Shown: one piece after another, positions 43,483 to 51,577 of the stretch | Layout: the number at the start of each line of letters is the position of its first letter | Position numbering within the stretch: position 1 is the first letter of the stretch | NCBI GenBank assembly: GCA_964638135.1 | Contig: CAZXAR010000002.1 | Coordinates: 1-57,564 of the forward strand | Length of the DNA: 57,564 bases | Direction of reading: 5' to 3' | DNA from: an uncultured Enterobacteriaceae bacterium | GTDB lineage: Bacteria; Pseudomonadota; Gammaproteobacteria; Burkholderiales; SG8-39 | Made by a program: the position numbers and the translations under genes | Notes under the pieces: generated by a model | What the model was told of the DNA's origin: nothing | Seen by the model: the letters and a program-made list of their open reading frames with translations, nothing else | Databases searched by the model: none

Positions 43483-44583
43483 TCAGGACGGCCGGACCAA
43501 GTCGGCGATTACGGCATTGAGGAAGCGCCCGGCCTCGCCGCCGGTTGCGGCGCGGTGATCGAACGTGAGCGAGAGCGGCAGCAGGCGGCGCGCGGCGATG
43601 TGCCCGTCGGCGGTGACCACCGCGCGCGGCTCGAGGCGCCCGGCGCCGAGGATCGCGATCGCGGGCGGCACTACGATCGGCGAGGCGTAGCGCCCGGCGA
43701 TCGAGCCGTAGTTGGAAAGCGTGATCGTCGCCCCGCGCAGGGCGGCCGGTGCGAGGGCTCTTTCACGCGTCTGGCGGGCAAGATCATCGAGCGCGCACGC
43801 AAGGTCCGCCAGGTCCCGTTTCTCGCAGTCGCGCAGCACCGGAACGATCAGGCCGTCGGGCGTGTCCACCGCGATCCCGACATGCACCGCCTCGAATGTG
43901 CGCCGCGAATTGGTGTGCTTGTCGTACCAGGCGTTGAGGCCAGGTTCGGCGCGGCATCCCGCAACGAGCGCCCGCGCGAGCCGCGGCATGAGCGCACTGC
44001 CGGTCTCCCAGGCTTCGACATCGGCGTCGTCCATGATCGTCACCGAAGCGACTTCGGCGTGCGCGAGCGCCATGTTGCGGGCCATCGCCCGCCGCGTGCC
44101 GCGCAGGGGTGTGGGCGCATCTGCTGCCGTGCCTGCACCTGCGGCGCGCTCCACGTCCTCGGCGGTGACGAGGCCGTTGGCGCCGGTCGGGGCGACGCTC
44201 GCGAGATCGACGTTGCGCTGCCTCGCGAGCGCACGTACGGCCGGCGTTGCCTTGACCTCTGCGGCCGCGCCCGCGCGCGGCGGCGCGCGCACCGCTGGCG
44301 CGGTGCCGGCTGGCGCGATCTCGCCTACGACAGTGCCGCTATCCGGCTCGTGCCCCTCGAAGCCGATGAGGGGCGCGCCCACATGCACCACTTCGCCCGG
44401 CTTGCCGAAGAGCTTTTCGACGCGACCGGAAAACGGCGCCGGGATCTCCACGATCGCCTTGTCGGTTTCCACCGAAACCATCGTGCGATCTGCCGCGACC
44501 GTTTCCCCCGGCACGACGTGCCATTGCACGATCTCGGCCTCCTGCAGCCCCTCGCCAAGATCGGGCAGGGTGAAGATCCGCAC
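43483..44583 (-). CDS. Dihydrolipoamide acyltransferase (E2) of a 2-oxoacid dehydrogenase complex
   Basis: Lipoyl domain (VETDKAIVEIPAPFSG), E3-binding domain (ATPAVRALARQRNVDL), and catalytic LSLTFDHRAATGGEAGRF. GTG start at 44583. Confidence 0.8.
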   Translation of the reverse strand: MRIFTLPDLGEGLQEAEIVQWHVVPGETVAADRTMVSVETDKAIVEIPAPFSGRVEKLFGKPGEVVHVGAPLIGFEGHEPDSGTVVGEIAPAGTAPAVRAPPRAGAAAEVKATPAVRALARQRNVDLASVAPTGANGLVTAEDVERAAGAGTAADAPTPLRGTRRAMARNMALAHAEVASVTIMDDADVEAWETGSALMPRLARALVAGCRAEPGLNAWYDKHTNSRRTFEAVHVGIAVDTPDGLIVPVLRDCEKRDLADLACALDDLARQTRERALAPAALRGATITLSNYGSIAGRYASPIVVPPAIAILGAGRLEPRAVVTADGHIAARRLLPLSLTFDHRAATGGEAGRFLNAVIADLVRPS

Positions 44584-44600
44584 CTTCGGTCGTTCCGCAA

Positions 44601-45581
44601 TCAGGAATACTGCATCGTCTCGCGCGCCGCCGCGACGATGCGGCGCGTGTCGGGAATGTAGCGCGATTCGAGCCGCGCAAGCGGCGTCACCGTGTCCCAC
44701 CCGGTGACGCGCTGCACCGGGGCGAGCAGCGAGAGCAGCCCGTGTTCGGCCAGGCCCGCAGCGACTTCGGAGGCGAAACTGCAGGTACGCGGCGCCTCCG
44801 TGATTACGACGCAGCGCCCGGTCTTGCCGACCGAGGCGAGAATCGTGTCCAGATCGAGCGGCTTGAGCGTCGCCACGTCGATCACTTCGGCAGACACGCC
44901 TTCCGCGGCGAGTTCGTCCGCGGCGGCGAGCGCCTCCTGCACCATGGCGCCCCAGGCGACGAGCGTCACATCGCTCCCCTCGCGCAGCACGAACGAGGTG
45001 TCGAGCGGCAGCGGTTCCCCCGTATCGTCGATTTCCTCCTTGTAGCGCCGGTAGAGCCGCGAGGGCTCGAGGAACACCACCGGATCCGGATCGGCGATCG
45101 AAGCAAGCAGCAGCCCATAGGCGCGGCGCGGCGAGGAGGGGTACACGACGCGGATGCCGGGGATATGAGCAAACATCGCCTCGGGACTTTCGGAATGATG
45201 CTCGGGCGCGCGGATGCCCGCGCCGCAGGGCGTTCGCAGCACCATCGGGCAGGCAAGGTGCCCCTGCGTGCGGTGGCGGAGCCGCCCGGCGTGATTGAGG
45301 ATCTGGTCGATCGTAACGTAGGCGAAGCCGGCGAACTGCACTTCGGCCACCGGGCGCATGCCCTCGGCCGCCATGCCGATCGCCATTCCCGCGATGAGCG
45401 CCTCGGAAAGCGGGGTGTCCACCACGCGCTCGGCGCCGAAGCGCTCGAGCAGGCCGGCGGTGGCGCGAAATACCCCGCCGTTTACGCCCACGTCTTCCCC
45501 CAGCACCGTCACCCGCGGATCGTCCTCCATCGCGCGCGCGAGCGCGAGGTTGACCGCTTCAACCAGCGTGCAGTTCGGCAT
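44601..45581 (-). CDS. 2-oxoacid dehydrogenase E1 component, beta subunit
   Basis: LGEDVGVNGGVFRAT...RVVDTPLSEALIAGMAIGMA... Transketolase-like pyrimidine-binding and C-terminal domains. Confidence 0.85.
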   Translation of the reverse strand: MPNCTLVEAVNLALARAMEDDPRVTVLGEDVGVNGGVFRATAGLLERFGAERVVDTPLSEALIAGMAIGMAAEGMRPVAEVQFAGFAYVTIDQILNHAGRLRHRTQGHLACPMVLRTPCGAGIRAPEHHSESPEAMFAHIPGIRVVYPSSPRRAYGLLLASIADPDPVVFLEPSRLYRRYKEEIDDTGEPLPLDTSFVLREGSDVTLVAWGAMVQEALAAADELAAEGVSAEVIDVATLKPLDLDTILASVGKTGRCVVITEAPRTCSFASEVAAGLAEHGLLSLLAPVQRVTGWDTVTPLARLESRYIPDTRRIVAAARETMQYS

Positions 45582-46662
45582 GGCGCTGTCCCGTTTCTTC
45601 GAACGTCCCCGCCGCGGCCTCGCGCTGCCACTCGTACGCATGCGGCAGGTGCGCGTACAGGTGCCGGAACATCTGATCCGTGGCGGGCGGGGGCGTGTCG
45701 AGATATGCCTTCACCGCGGCCTGCACCGTCTCATTCACCTCGCGGTGCAGCGCTTCTTCCTGCGGCTTCGACCAGGCGCCGTTCTCTGCAAGCCAGTTGC
45801 GCAGCCGGAGGATCGGTTCGTGCTTCCAGCGCTCGGCAAGCTCCTCGGCGCTGCGGTAGCGCGAGGCGTCGTCGGCGGTGGTGTGATCGCTCAGCCGGTA
45901 AGTGAGCGCCTCGAGGAGCGTGGGCCCCTCGCCCGCCCGCGCGCGTTCGAGCGCGCGTCCCACCGCATCGTGCACCGCAATCACGTCGTTGCCGTCGAGC
46001 TGCTCGCACTCGATACCGGCGGCGATGCCCTTCTGCGCAAGCGTTTGCGCCGCGCTCTGCATCCTGCGCGGCACCGAGATCGCGTACTGGTTGTTGACGA
46101 TGACCGCGACCATCGGCAGTTTCCACGTCCCGGCGGCGTTGAGCGCCTCGTAGAAGTCGCCCTTGGAGGTCGCACCGTCGCCGCAGATCGCGAGCGCGAC
46201 ACGCGGCTCCCTGCGCACCTTCATCGCGTAGGCGACGCCCGCTGCGTGCGGCAACTGCAGCGCGATCGGCACGCAGAACGGGAAATCGCGCGGCGACTCG
46301 GGAAACACGTTGCCGCGCTCGTCGCCGCCCCAGTAGAGAAACACCCGGTGCGGCGAGACCCCGCGCAGGAACAGGATGCCGCTTTCGCGGTAGCTCGGCA
46401 GGACGACGTCGTCTCTTGCGAGCACCGCGCCGATTCCGGCATCGATCGCTTCCTTTCCAAGCGTCGAGGCGTAGGTCCCGATCTGGCCGGTGCGCTGCAG
46501 CGCGATCGCCTTGGCATCGAGCGCGCGCATCAACACCATGGCGCGGTAATCGGGAACCAGGGCCCGCGGATCGCGGGCGAATTCGGGTAACGATCCCTCC
46601 ACCTTCCCCAGGTGGTCGAGGTACCGGGTGTACCGGATCTCGAAGCGGGCAACGACAGTCAT
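45559..46662 (-). CDS. 2-oxoacid dehydrogenase E1 component, alpha subunit (TPP-dependent)
   Basis: TPP motif GDGATSKGDFYEALNAAGTWKLPMVAVIVNNQYAIS. It overlaps the E1 beta start by 23 nt. Confidence 0.85.
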   Translation of the reverse strand: MTVVARFEIRYTRYLDHLGKVEGSLPEFARDPRALVPDYRAMVLMRALDAKAIALQRTGQIGTYASTLGKEAIDAGIGAVLARDDVVLPSYRESGILFLRGVSPHRVFLYWGGDERGNVFPESPRDFPFCVPIALQLPHAAGVAYAMKVRREPRVALAICGDGATSKGDFYEALNAAGTWKLPMVAVIVNNQYAISVPRRMQSAAQTLAQKGIAAGIECEQLDGNDVIAVHDAVGRALERARAGEGPTLLEALTYRLSDHTTADDASRYRSAEELAERWKHEPILRLRNWLAENGAWSKPQEEALHREVNETVQAAVKAYLDTPPPATDQMFRHLYAHLPHAYEWQREAAAGTFEETGQRHAELHAG

Positions 46663-46861
46663 CGGCGCCCCCTTTCCAGTAGCTGCTCGGCCCTCGTGAG
46701 GCCGGCAGAGTTAGCCATTCGACCGGAGAATCCGCAAAAAGATTCACGCCCAACCCGCATCACGGAAAGGGGATCTTTCGCGGCCGGATTTCGCCGCAGA
46801 ACCCCGGCCGTTCTCTGTACTCTAATGTATTGAAACGACATTCATTTGAGTCTTGCGGCGC

Positions 46862-48985
46862 ATGTCCAACCTGCACACATTGCACCAACGCCCGGAGCGC
46901 AGTGCGCGCATCGTCGGTGCGGCGAGCAGCTGGGGGGCGGGCGACCGAGGGTGCGAGGCGGGCCCGGCGGCACTGCAACAGCACGGGCTGGCGCCCCGGC
47001 TGCAGGCAAGGGGCACAAGAATTTCCTGGGACGTGACGCTGGAACCGGCGGCCGGTGCCGATGAATCATCGGCCACGACCGTGGTGGCCGAATTCTGCCG
47101 CCGGCTCGCCCGCGAAGTGACGCGGGTCGCCTCGGCAGGTGATCTTGCTGTAGTGATCGGCGGCGATCATTCCTGCGCGATCGGGACCTGGAACGCGCTG
47201 CGCGATGCGCTTCGCGGCAGCCTCGGCCTGATCTGGGTGGACGCCCACCTGGATGCGCATACTCCGGAGACGAGCCCGAGCGGCGCCTTGCACGGCATGC
47301 CGCTTGCGTGTCTGCTCGGCTACGGCGAGCCTTCGCTCGCGCAGTTTTCCGGCGCGCAGCCCGCTCTGCTCCCAGCGCACGTGTGCGTGATCGGCGCGCG
47401 CGATCACGAAAAGGAAGAGGCTGCGCTGCTGCAACGGCTCGGGGTGCGGGTCTTCGGCATGGAGGAAATTGCCCGCAAGGGGCTCGGCGCGGTGCTGTTC
47501 GAAGCGCTGCAGATCGTACAGCACGGTACCGCGGGCTTTGGCATCACCATCGACCTCGACGCGATCGACCCGCGGGACGCGCCCGCTGTCTCGACCCCGG
47601 CACCCGGAGGCATCCGCGGCAACGAGCTCGCCGACGCGCTGCGGCTCATACAGGGAAATCCACGCCTTGCCGCAATCGAGCTTGCCGAATTCAACCCGGC
47701 GCTCGATCGGGACGGCAGAACGGCGCGTCTTGCGACCGAGCTGCTGGCAGCGCTCGTCACTCCCCTTCCCGCCGCCATCGCGCTCACGCGGCGCTACTGC
47801 GCGCACAATTACGACGCCGCACCCGTGGTGTTCGTCAGAGGCGAAGGCGCCTGGCTGTGGGACGAGCGCGGCAACCGGTATCTCGACATGCTGAGCGCGT
47901 ACTCGGCGGTGAGCCATGGTCACGCGCATCCCCGGCTCCTGCGCGCGCTCACCGAACAGGCGCACAAGGTCGCCGTGTTCTCGCGCAACTTCCACAGCGA
48001 CAAGCTCGGCAAACTCGCGCGCAGGCTCTGCCAGCTTACCGGCCAGAAGATGATGCTGCCGATGAACACGGGCGCCGAGGCGGTGGAAACCGCGATCAAG
48101 GCGGCGCGCAAGTGGGCCTATACGGTCAAGGGCGTGCCGCGCGACCGCGCCGCGATCATCGCCTGCGAAGGAAACTTCCACGGCCGCACCACCACCATCG
48201 TGGGACTGTCCTCGATCGCACGGTACAAGGAAGGCTTCGGGCCGTTTGCGCCGGGCTGCACGCGGATTCCCTACGGCGACGCCGCGGCGCTCGAGCGGGC
48301 GATCACGCCGCACACGGCGGCGTTCCTCGTCGAGCCGCTCCAGGGCGAAGGCGGCATCATCGTTCCGCCGGCGGGCTATCTTGCCGAGTGCGCGCGGATC
48401 TGCGCGCGCCACCGGGTGCTCCTCGTCTGCGACGAAATCCAGACCGGGCTCGGGCGCACCGGAAAGTTTCTCGCGAGCGAGCATGAAGGCGTGGTGCCCG
48501 ACGGTCTCACCCTTGGCAAGGCGCTCGGCGGCGGACTGCTTCCGGTGTCCGCCTTCCTCGCCTCGCGCGAAGTGATGCGGGTTTTCGGCCCCGGCGAGCA
48601 CGGCAGCACGTTCGGCGGCAATCCACTCGCCTGCGCGGTCGCGCTCGAAGCGCTCGATGTGCTCCGCGACGAAAAACTCGTCGAGCGATCGGCCGAGCTG
48701 GGCGCCTATCTGCTGAAGGAACTGAGGCGCATCGAAAGCCCGCTCATACGCGAGGTGCGCGGCAAGGGACTGCTGATCGGGATGGAGATCGACCCGAGGG
48801 TCGCGAGCGCCAAGGCCGTATGCGACCGGCTGCTGGAGCATGGCGTGGTCACCAAGGAAACCCGCGAAACGGTGTTGCGCTTCGCGCCGCCGCTGGTGGT
48901 CACCCGCGCGCAGATCGACTGGGCGCTCGCGCGCATCCGCGCCGTTCTCGAAGACATGGGCCCCGCCTGGCACAAGGCGGCCTGA
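46862..48985 (+). CDS. Bifunctional fusion: arginase-family ureohydrolase (N-terminal) + ornithine/acetylornithine-type class III aminotransferase (C-terminal)
   Basis: One uninterrupted ORF. The N-terminal half has GGDHS, VDAHLDAHT and TIDLDAIDPRDAP (Mn-binding arginase motifs). The C-terminal half has YCAHNYDAAPVVFVRGEGAWLWDERGNRYLDMLSAYSAVSHGH, VCDEIQTGLGRTG and TLGKALGGG (PLP Lys), which are OAT-like. Confidence 0.8.
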   Translation: MSNLHTLHQRPERSARIVGAASSWGAGDRGCEAGPAALQQHGLAPRLQARGTRISWDVTLEPAAGADESSATTVVAEFCRRLAREVTRVASAGDLAVVIGGDHSCAIGTWNALRDALRGSLGLIWVDAHLDAHTPETSPSGALHGMPLACLLGYGEPSLAQFSGAQPALLPAHVCVIGARDHEKEEAALLQRLGVRVFGMEEIARKGLGAVLFEALQIVQHGTAGFGITIDLDAIDPRDAPAVSTPAPGGIRGNELADALRLIQGNPRLAAIELAEFNPALDRDGRTARLATELLAALVTPLPAAIALTRRYCAHNYDAAPVVFVRGEGAWLWDERGNRYLDMLSAYSAVSHGHAHPRLLRALTEQAHKVAVFSRNFHSDKLGKLARRLCQLTGQKMMLPMNTGAEAVETAIKAARKWAYTVKGVPRDRAAIIACEGNFHGRTTTIVGLSSIARYKEGFGPFAPGCTRIPYGDAAALERAITPHTAAFLVEPLQGEGGIIVPPAGYLAECARICARHRVLLVCDEIQTGLGRTGKFLASEHEGVVPDGLTLGKALGGGLLPVSAFLASREVMRVFGPGEHGSTFGGNPLACAVALEALDVLRDEKLVERSAELGAYLLKELRRIESPLIREVRGKGLLIGMEIDPRVASAKAVCDRLLEHGVVTKETRETVLRFAPPLVVTRAQIDWALARIRAVLEDMGPAWHKAA

Positions 48986-49093
48986 CATCACCCTGCAGAG
49001 GCGAGCGCCCCGCCGCCGCACGCGGGCGGGGTTGCGGCAGACCTATGTGGCGCGCCGCCAACTCGCTTAGACTTCGGCCTCGGACAAAACGGC

Positions 49094-50782
49094 GTGGTCA
49101 TTCCCTTTCTCGACAAGCCGCGCATCGCGTATTTCTCGATGGAGATCGCGCTCGCGCCGGACATTCCCACCTATGCCGGCGGCCTCGGCGTGCTCGCTGG
49201 CGACACGCTGCGTTCCGCGGCCGACCTGCGGCTGCCGGTCGTCGGGGTAACGCTCGCAAACCGCAAGGGACATTTCCGGCAGGAAGTCGATGCCGCGGGA
49301 CGCCAGATCGAACATCCCGCGGCGTGGGATCCGGCGCGCCATGCCGGGCCGCTCGAGGCCAACGTCGCGGTGCCGATCGCGGGGCGCGACGTGTGGGTCG
49401 GCGGCTGGCTCTACAACGTGCAGAGTCCTGCCGGGGTGCAGGTGCCGGTCATCCTGCTCGACACCGACCTCGTGGAAAACGAGGCCGCCGATCGCGAAAT
49501 CACCCACACCCTCTACGGCGGCGACCTCGCCTACCGGCTCAAGCAGGAAATCGTGCTCGGGGTGGGCGGCGTGCGGATGCTGCAGGCGCTCGGCTTCAAC
49601 GTGCGCAGCTATCACATGAACGAGGGGCACTCTGCGCTGCTCGCGGTGGAACTGATGCGGCGCTTCCGCTCGGTGCTCCGGCGGCGCACCGACGAGCCCA
49701 CCTACAACCTCCCGGCGGTGCGCGCGTTGTGCAGCTTCACCACGCACACGCCGGTGGAGGCCGGTCACGACCAGTTCGAATGGCCGCTGGTGCAGGACCT
49801 GCTGCAGGGCTTCGTCGCGGTCGAGGATCTGAAAGGCATCTCCGGTCCGGACCGCCTCAACATGACGCTGCTCGCCCTCAACCTGAGCAATTACGTGAAC
49901 GGCGTCGCGCGCCGGCACGCCGAGATCTCGCGCAAGATGTTCGCCGGCCACGAAGTGCATGCGGTCACCAACGGGGTTCACCCGCGCACCTGGACTTCGG
50001 CCCCGTTCGCCGCGCTCTACGACCGGCGCCTGCCCGGCTGGTCCTACGAGCCGGAACTTCTGAACCGCGCCGACCAGATCGGCGACGAGGACATCTGGGC
50101 CGCGCACCTCGAGGCGAAGACGCGCCTCATCGATCGCGTGAAGGCGCGCTGCGGCGTGGTGCTCGACCCGGCGCTGCCGACGATCGGCTTCGCGCGGCGC
50201 ATGACCGGCTACAAGCGCCCGGGGCTTCTGTTCACCGACCTGGCGCGGCTGCGCGCGATTGCGAAGCGCTATCCCTTCCAGCTCGTGCTCGCCGGCAAGG
50301 CGCATCCGGCCGATTCGTCGGGCAAATCCGCGATCGAGGAAATCCACCGCCACCTGCGAGCGCTCGACGGAACGCTGCGCGGGGCCTACGTACCCGATTA
50401 CGACATGAGCGCTTCGCTCGAGCTGATCGCCGGCTCGAGCATCTGGCTGAACACTCCCCTGCCGCCGCTCGAAGCCTCGGGCACGAGCGGCATGAAGGCG
50501 TGCCTGAACGGCGTGCCGCACCTCTCGGTGCTCGACGGCTGGTGGGTCGAGGGCTGCATCGAGGGGGTGACCGGCTGGGCGATCGGCGGCGCGAGCCCCG
50601 GCGCCGGCGACGACGACGCCAAGTCGCTCTACGACAAGCTGGAGCAGGTCGTGCTGCCGCTCTGGTACGGCGAGCGCAGCAAGTGGATCGCGGTCATGAA
50701 GGGCGCGATCGCCAAGAACGCCTCGTACTTCAACAGCCACCGCATGCTGCGGCGCTACGCGATCGACGCCTACCTGCGTTGA
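49094..50782 (+). CDS. Alpha-glucan phosphorylase (short, ~560-aa GT35-type)
   Basis: IAYFSMEIAL...YAGGLGVLAGD at the N-terminus, and EASGTSGMKA (PLP-Lys motif). GTG start. Confidence 0.8.
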   Translation: MVIPFLDKPRIAYFSMEIALAPDIPTYAGGLGVLAGDTLRSAADLRLPVVGVTLANRKGHFRQEVDAAGRQIEHPAAWDPARHAGPLEANVAVPIAGRDVWVGGWLYNVQSPAGVQVPVILLDTDLVENEAADREITHTLYGGDLAYRLKQEIVLGVGGVRMLQALGFNVRSYHMNEGHSALLAVELMRRFRSVLRRRTDEPTYNLPAVRALCSFTTHTPVEAGHDQFEWPLVQDLLQGFVAVEDLKGISGPDRLNMTLLALNLSNYVNGVARRHAEISRKMFAGHEVHAVTNGVHPRTWTSAPFAALYDRRLPGWSYEPELLNRADQIGDEDIWAAHLEAKTRLIDRVKARCGVVLDPALPTIGFARRMTGYKRPGLLFTDLARLRAIAKRYPFQLVLAGKAHPADSSGKSAIEEIHRHLRALDGTLRGAYVPDYDMSASLELIAGSSIWLNTPLPPLEASGTSGMKACLNGVPHLSVLDGWWVEGCIEGVTGWAIGGASPGAGDDDAKSLYDKLEQVVLPLWYGERSKWIAVMKGAIAKNASYFNSHRMLRRYAIDAYLR

Positions 50783-50826
50783 CGCGGCGGCATGCTACGA
50801 TCCTTGCCACCTGGGAGGGACCGTTC

Positions 50827-51564
50827 ATGAACCGCTTCGATCGAATCGACGACCCGCGCCGCCGGGTGCTCGTGGAAGCGCTGGCGCTGGGCCTGTTGTC
50901 GGGAACACTGCCGGCGGGCAGCGCGCTTGCGCAGGGCGTCTTCGGCAGCCGGCCCTCCAAGCTTCCACCGGGTCAGTCGATCTACCGCATCACCGGCAGC
51001 GCCACGGTGAACGGCAAGCCGGCCACGCTGCAGACGCCGGTGCGGCACGGCGACACGATCGAGACGGGCAAGGACAGCGAAATCATTTTCGTCGTCGGCG
51101 GGCACTCGATGATCCTGCGCGCCGAATCGCGCTTCGCGATGGAGCCCGAGAAGAAGGAAACGGCTTCGCTCCTGCTCACTGCGGTGCGGCTGTTCACCGG
51201 CAAGCTGCTGTCGGTTTCGCGCGGCACGCGGATGCGCGTGACCACCACGACCGCCACGATCGGCATCCGCGGCACGGGCTTCTACGCCGAGTCGGACCCC
51301 GAGCAGACCTACTTCTGCACCTGCTACGGCACCTCGGACGTTGCCGCAAGCGAGGACCCGCAGAGCAAGGACACGGTAGTGAGCAAGCATCACGACCGGC
51401 CGCTCTACATCCTCGCCAAGGCGCCGGCCGGCAAGAGCATCCGCAGCGCGCCCTTCATCAACCACACCGACCAGGAACTGATGCTGATCGAGACTCTGGT
51501 CGGCCGCACGCCGCCGTTCGTTTTCCCGCGCGACGACTACGGCGGGCCGCGCCGCGAGTACTGA
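50827..51564 (+). CDS. FecR-domain protein with a possible Tat signal
   Basis: PRRRVLVEALALGLLSGTLPAGSALAQG leader. FecR-like beta segment (GSATVNGKPA...HGDTIETGKDSEIIFVVGGHSMILRAESRF). Confidence 0.6.
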   Translation: MNRFDRIDDPRRRVLVEALALGLLSGTLPAGSALAQGVFGSRPSKLPPGQSIYRITGSATVNGKPATLQTPVRHGDTIETGKDSEIIFVVGGHSMILRAESRFAMEPEKKETASLLLTAVRLFTGKLLSVSRGTRMRVTTTTATIGIRGTGFYAESDPEQTYFCTCYGTSDVAASEDPQSKDTVVSKHHDRPLYILAKAPAGKSIRSAPFINHTDQELMLIETLVGRTPPFVFPRDDYGGPRREY

Positions 51565-51577
51565 GGCGCGAAACGCC

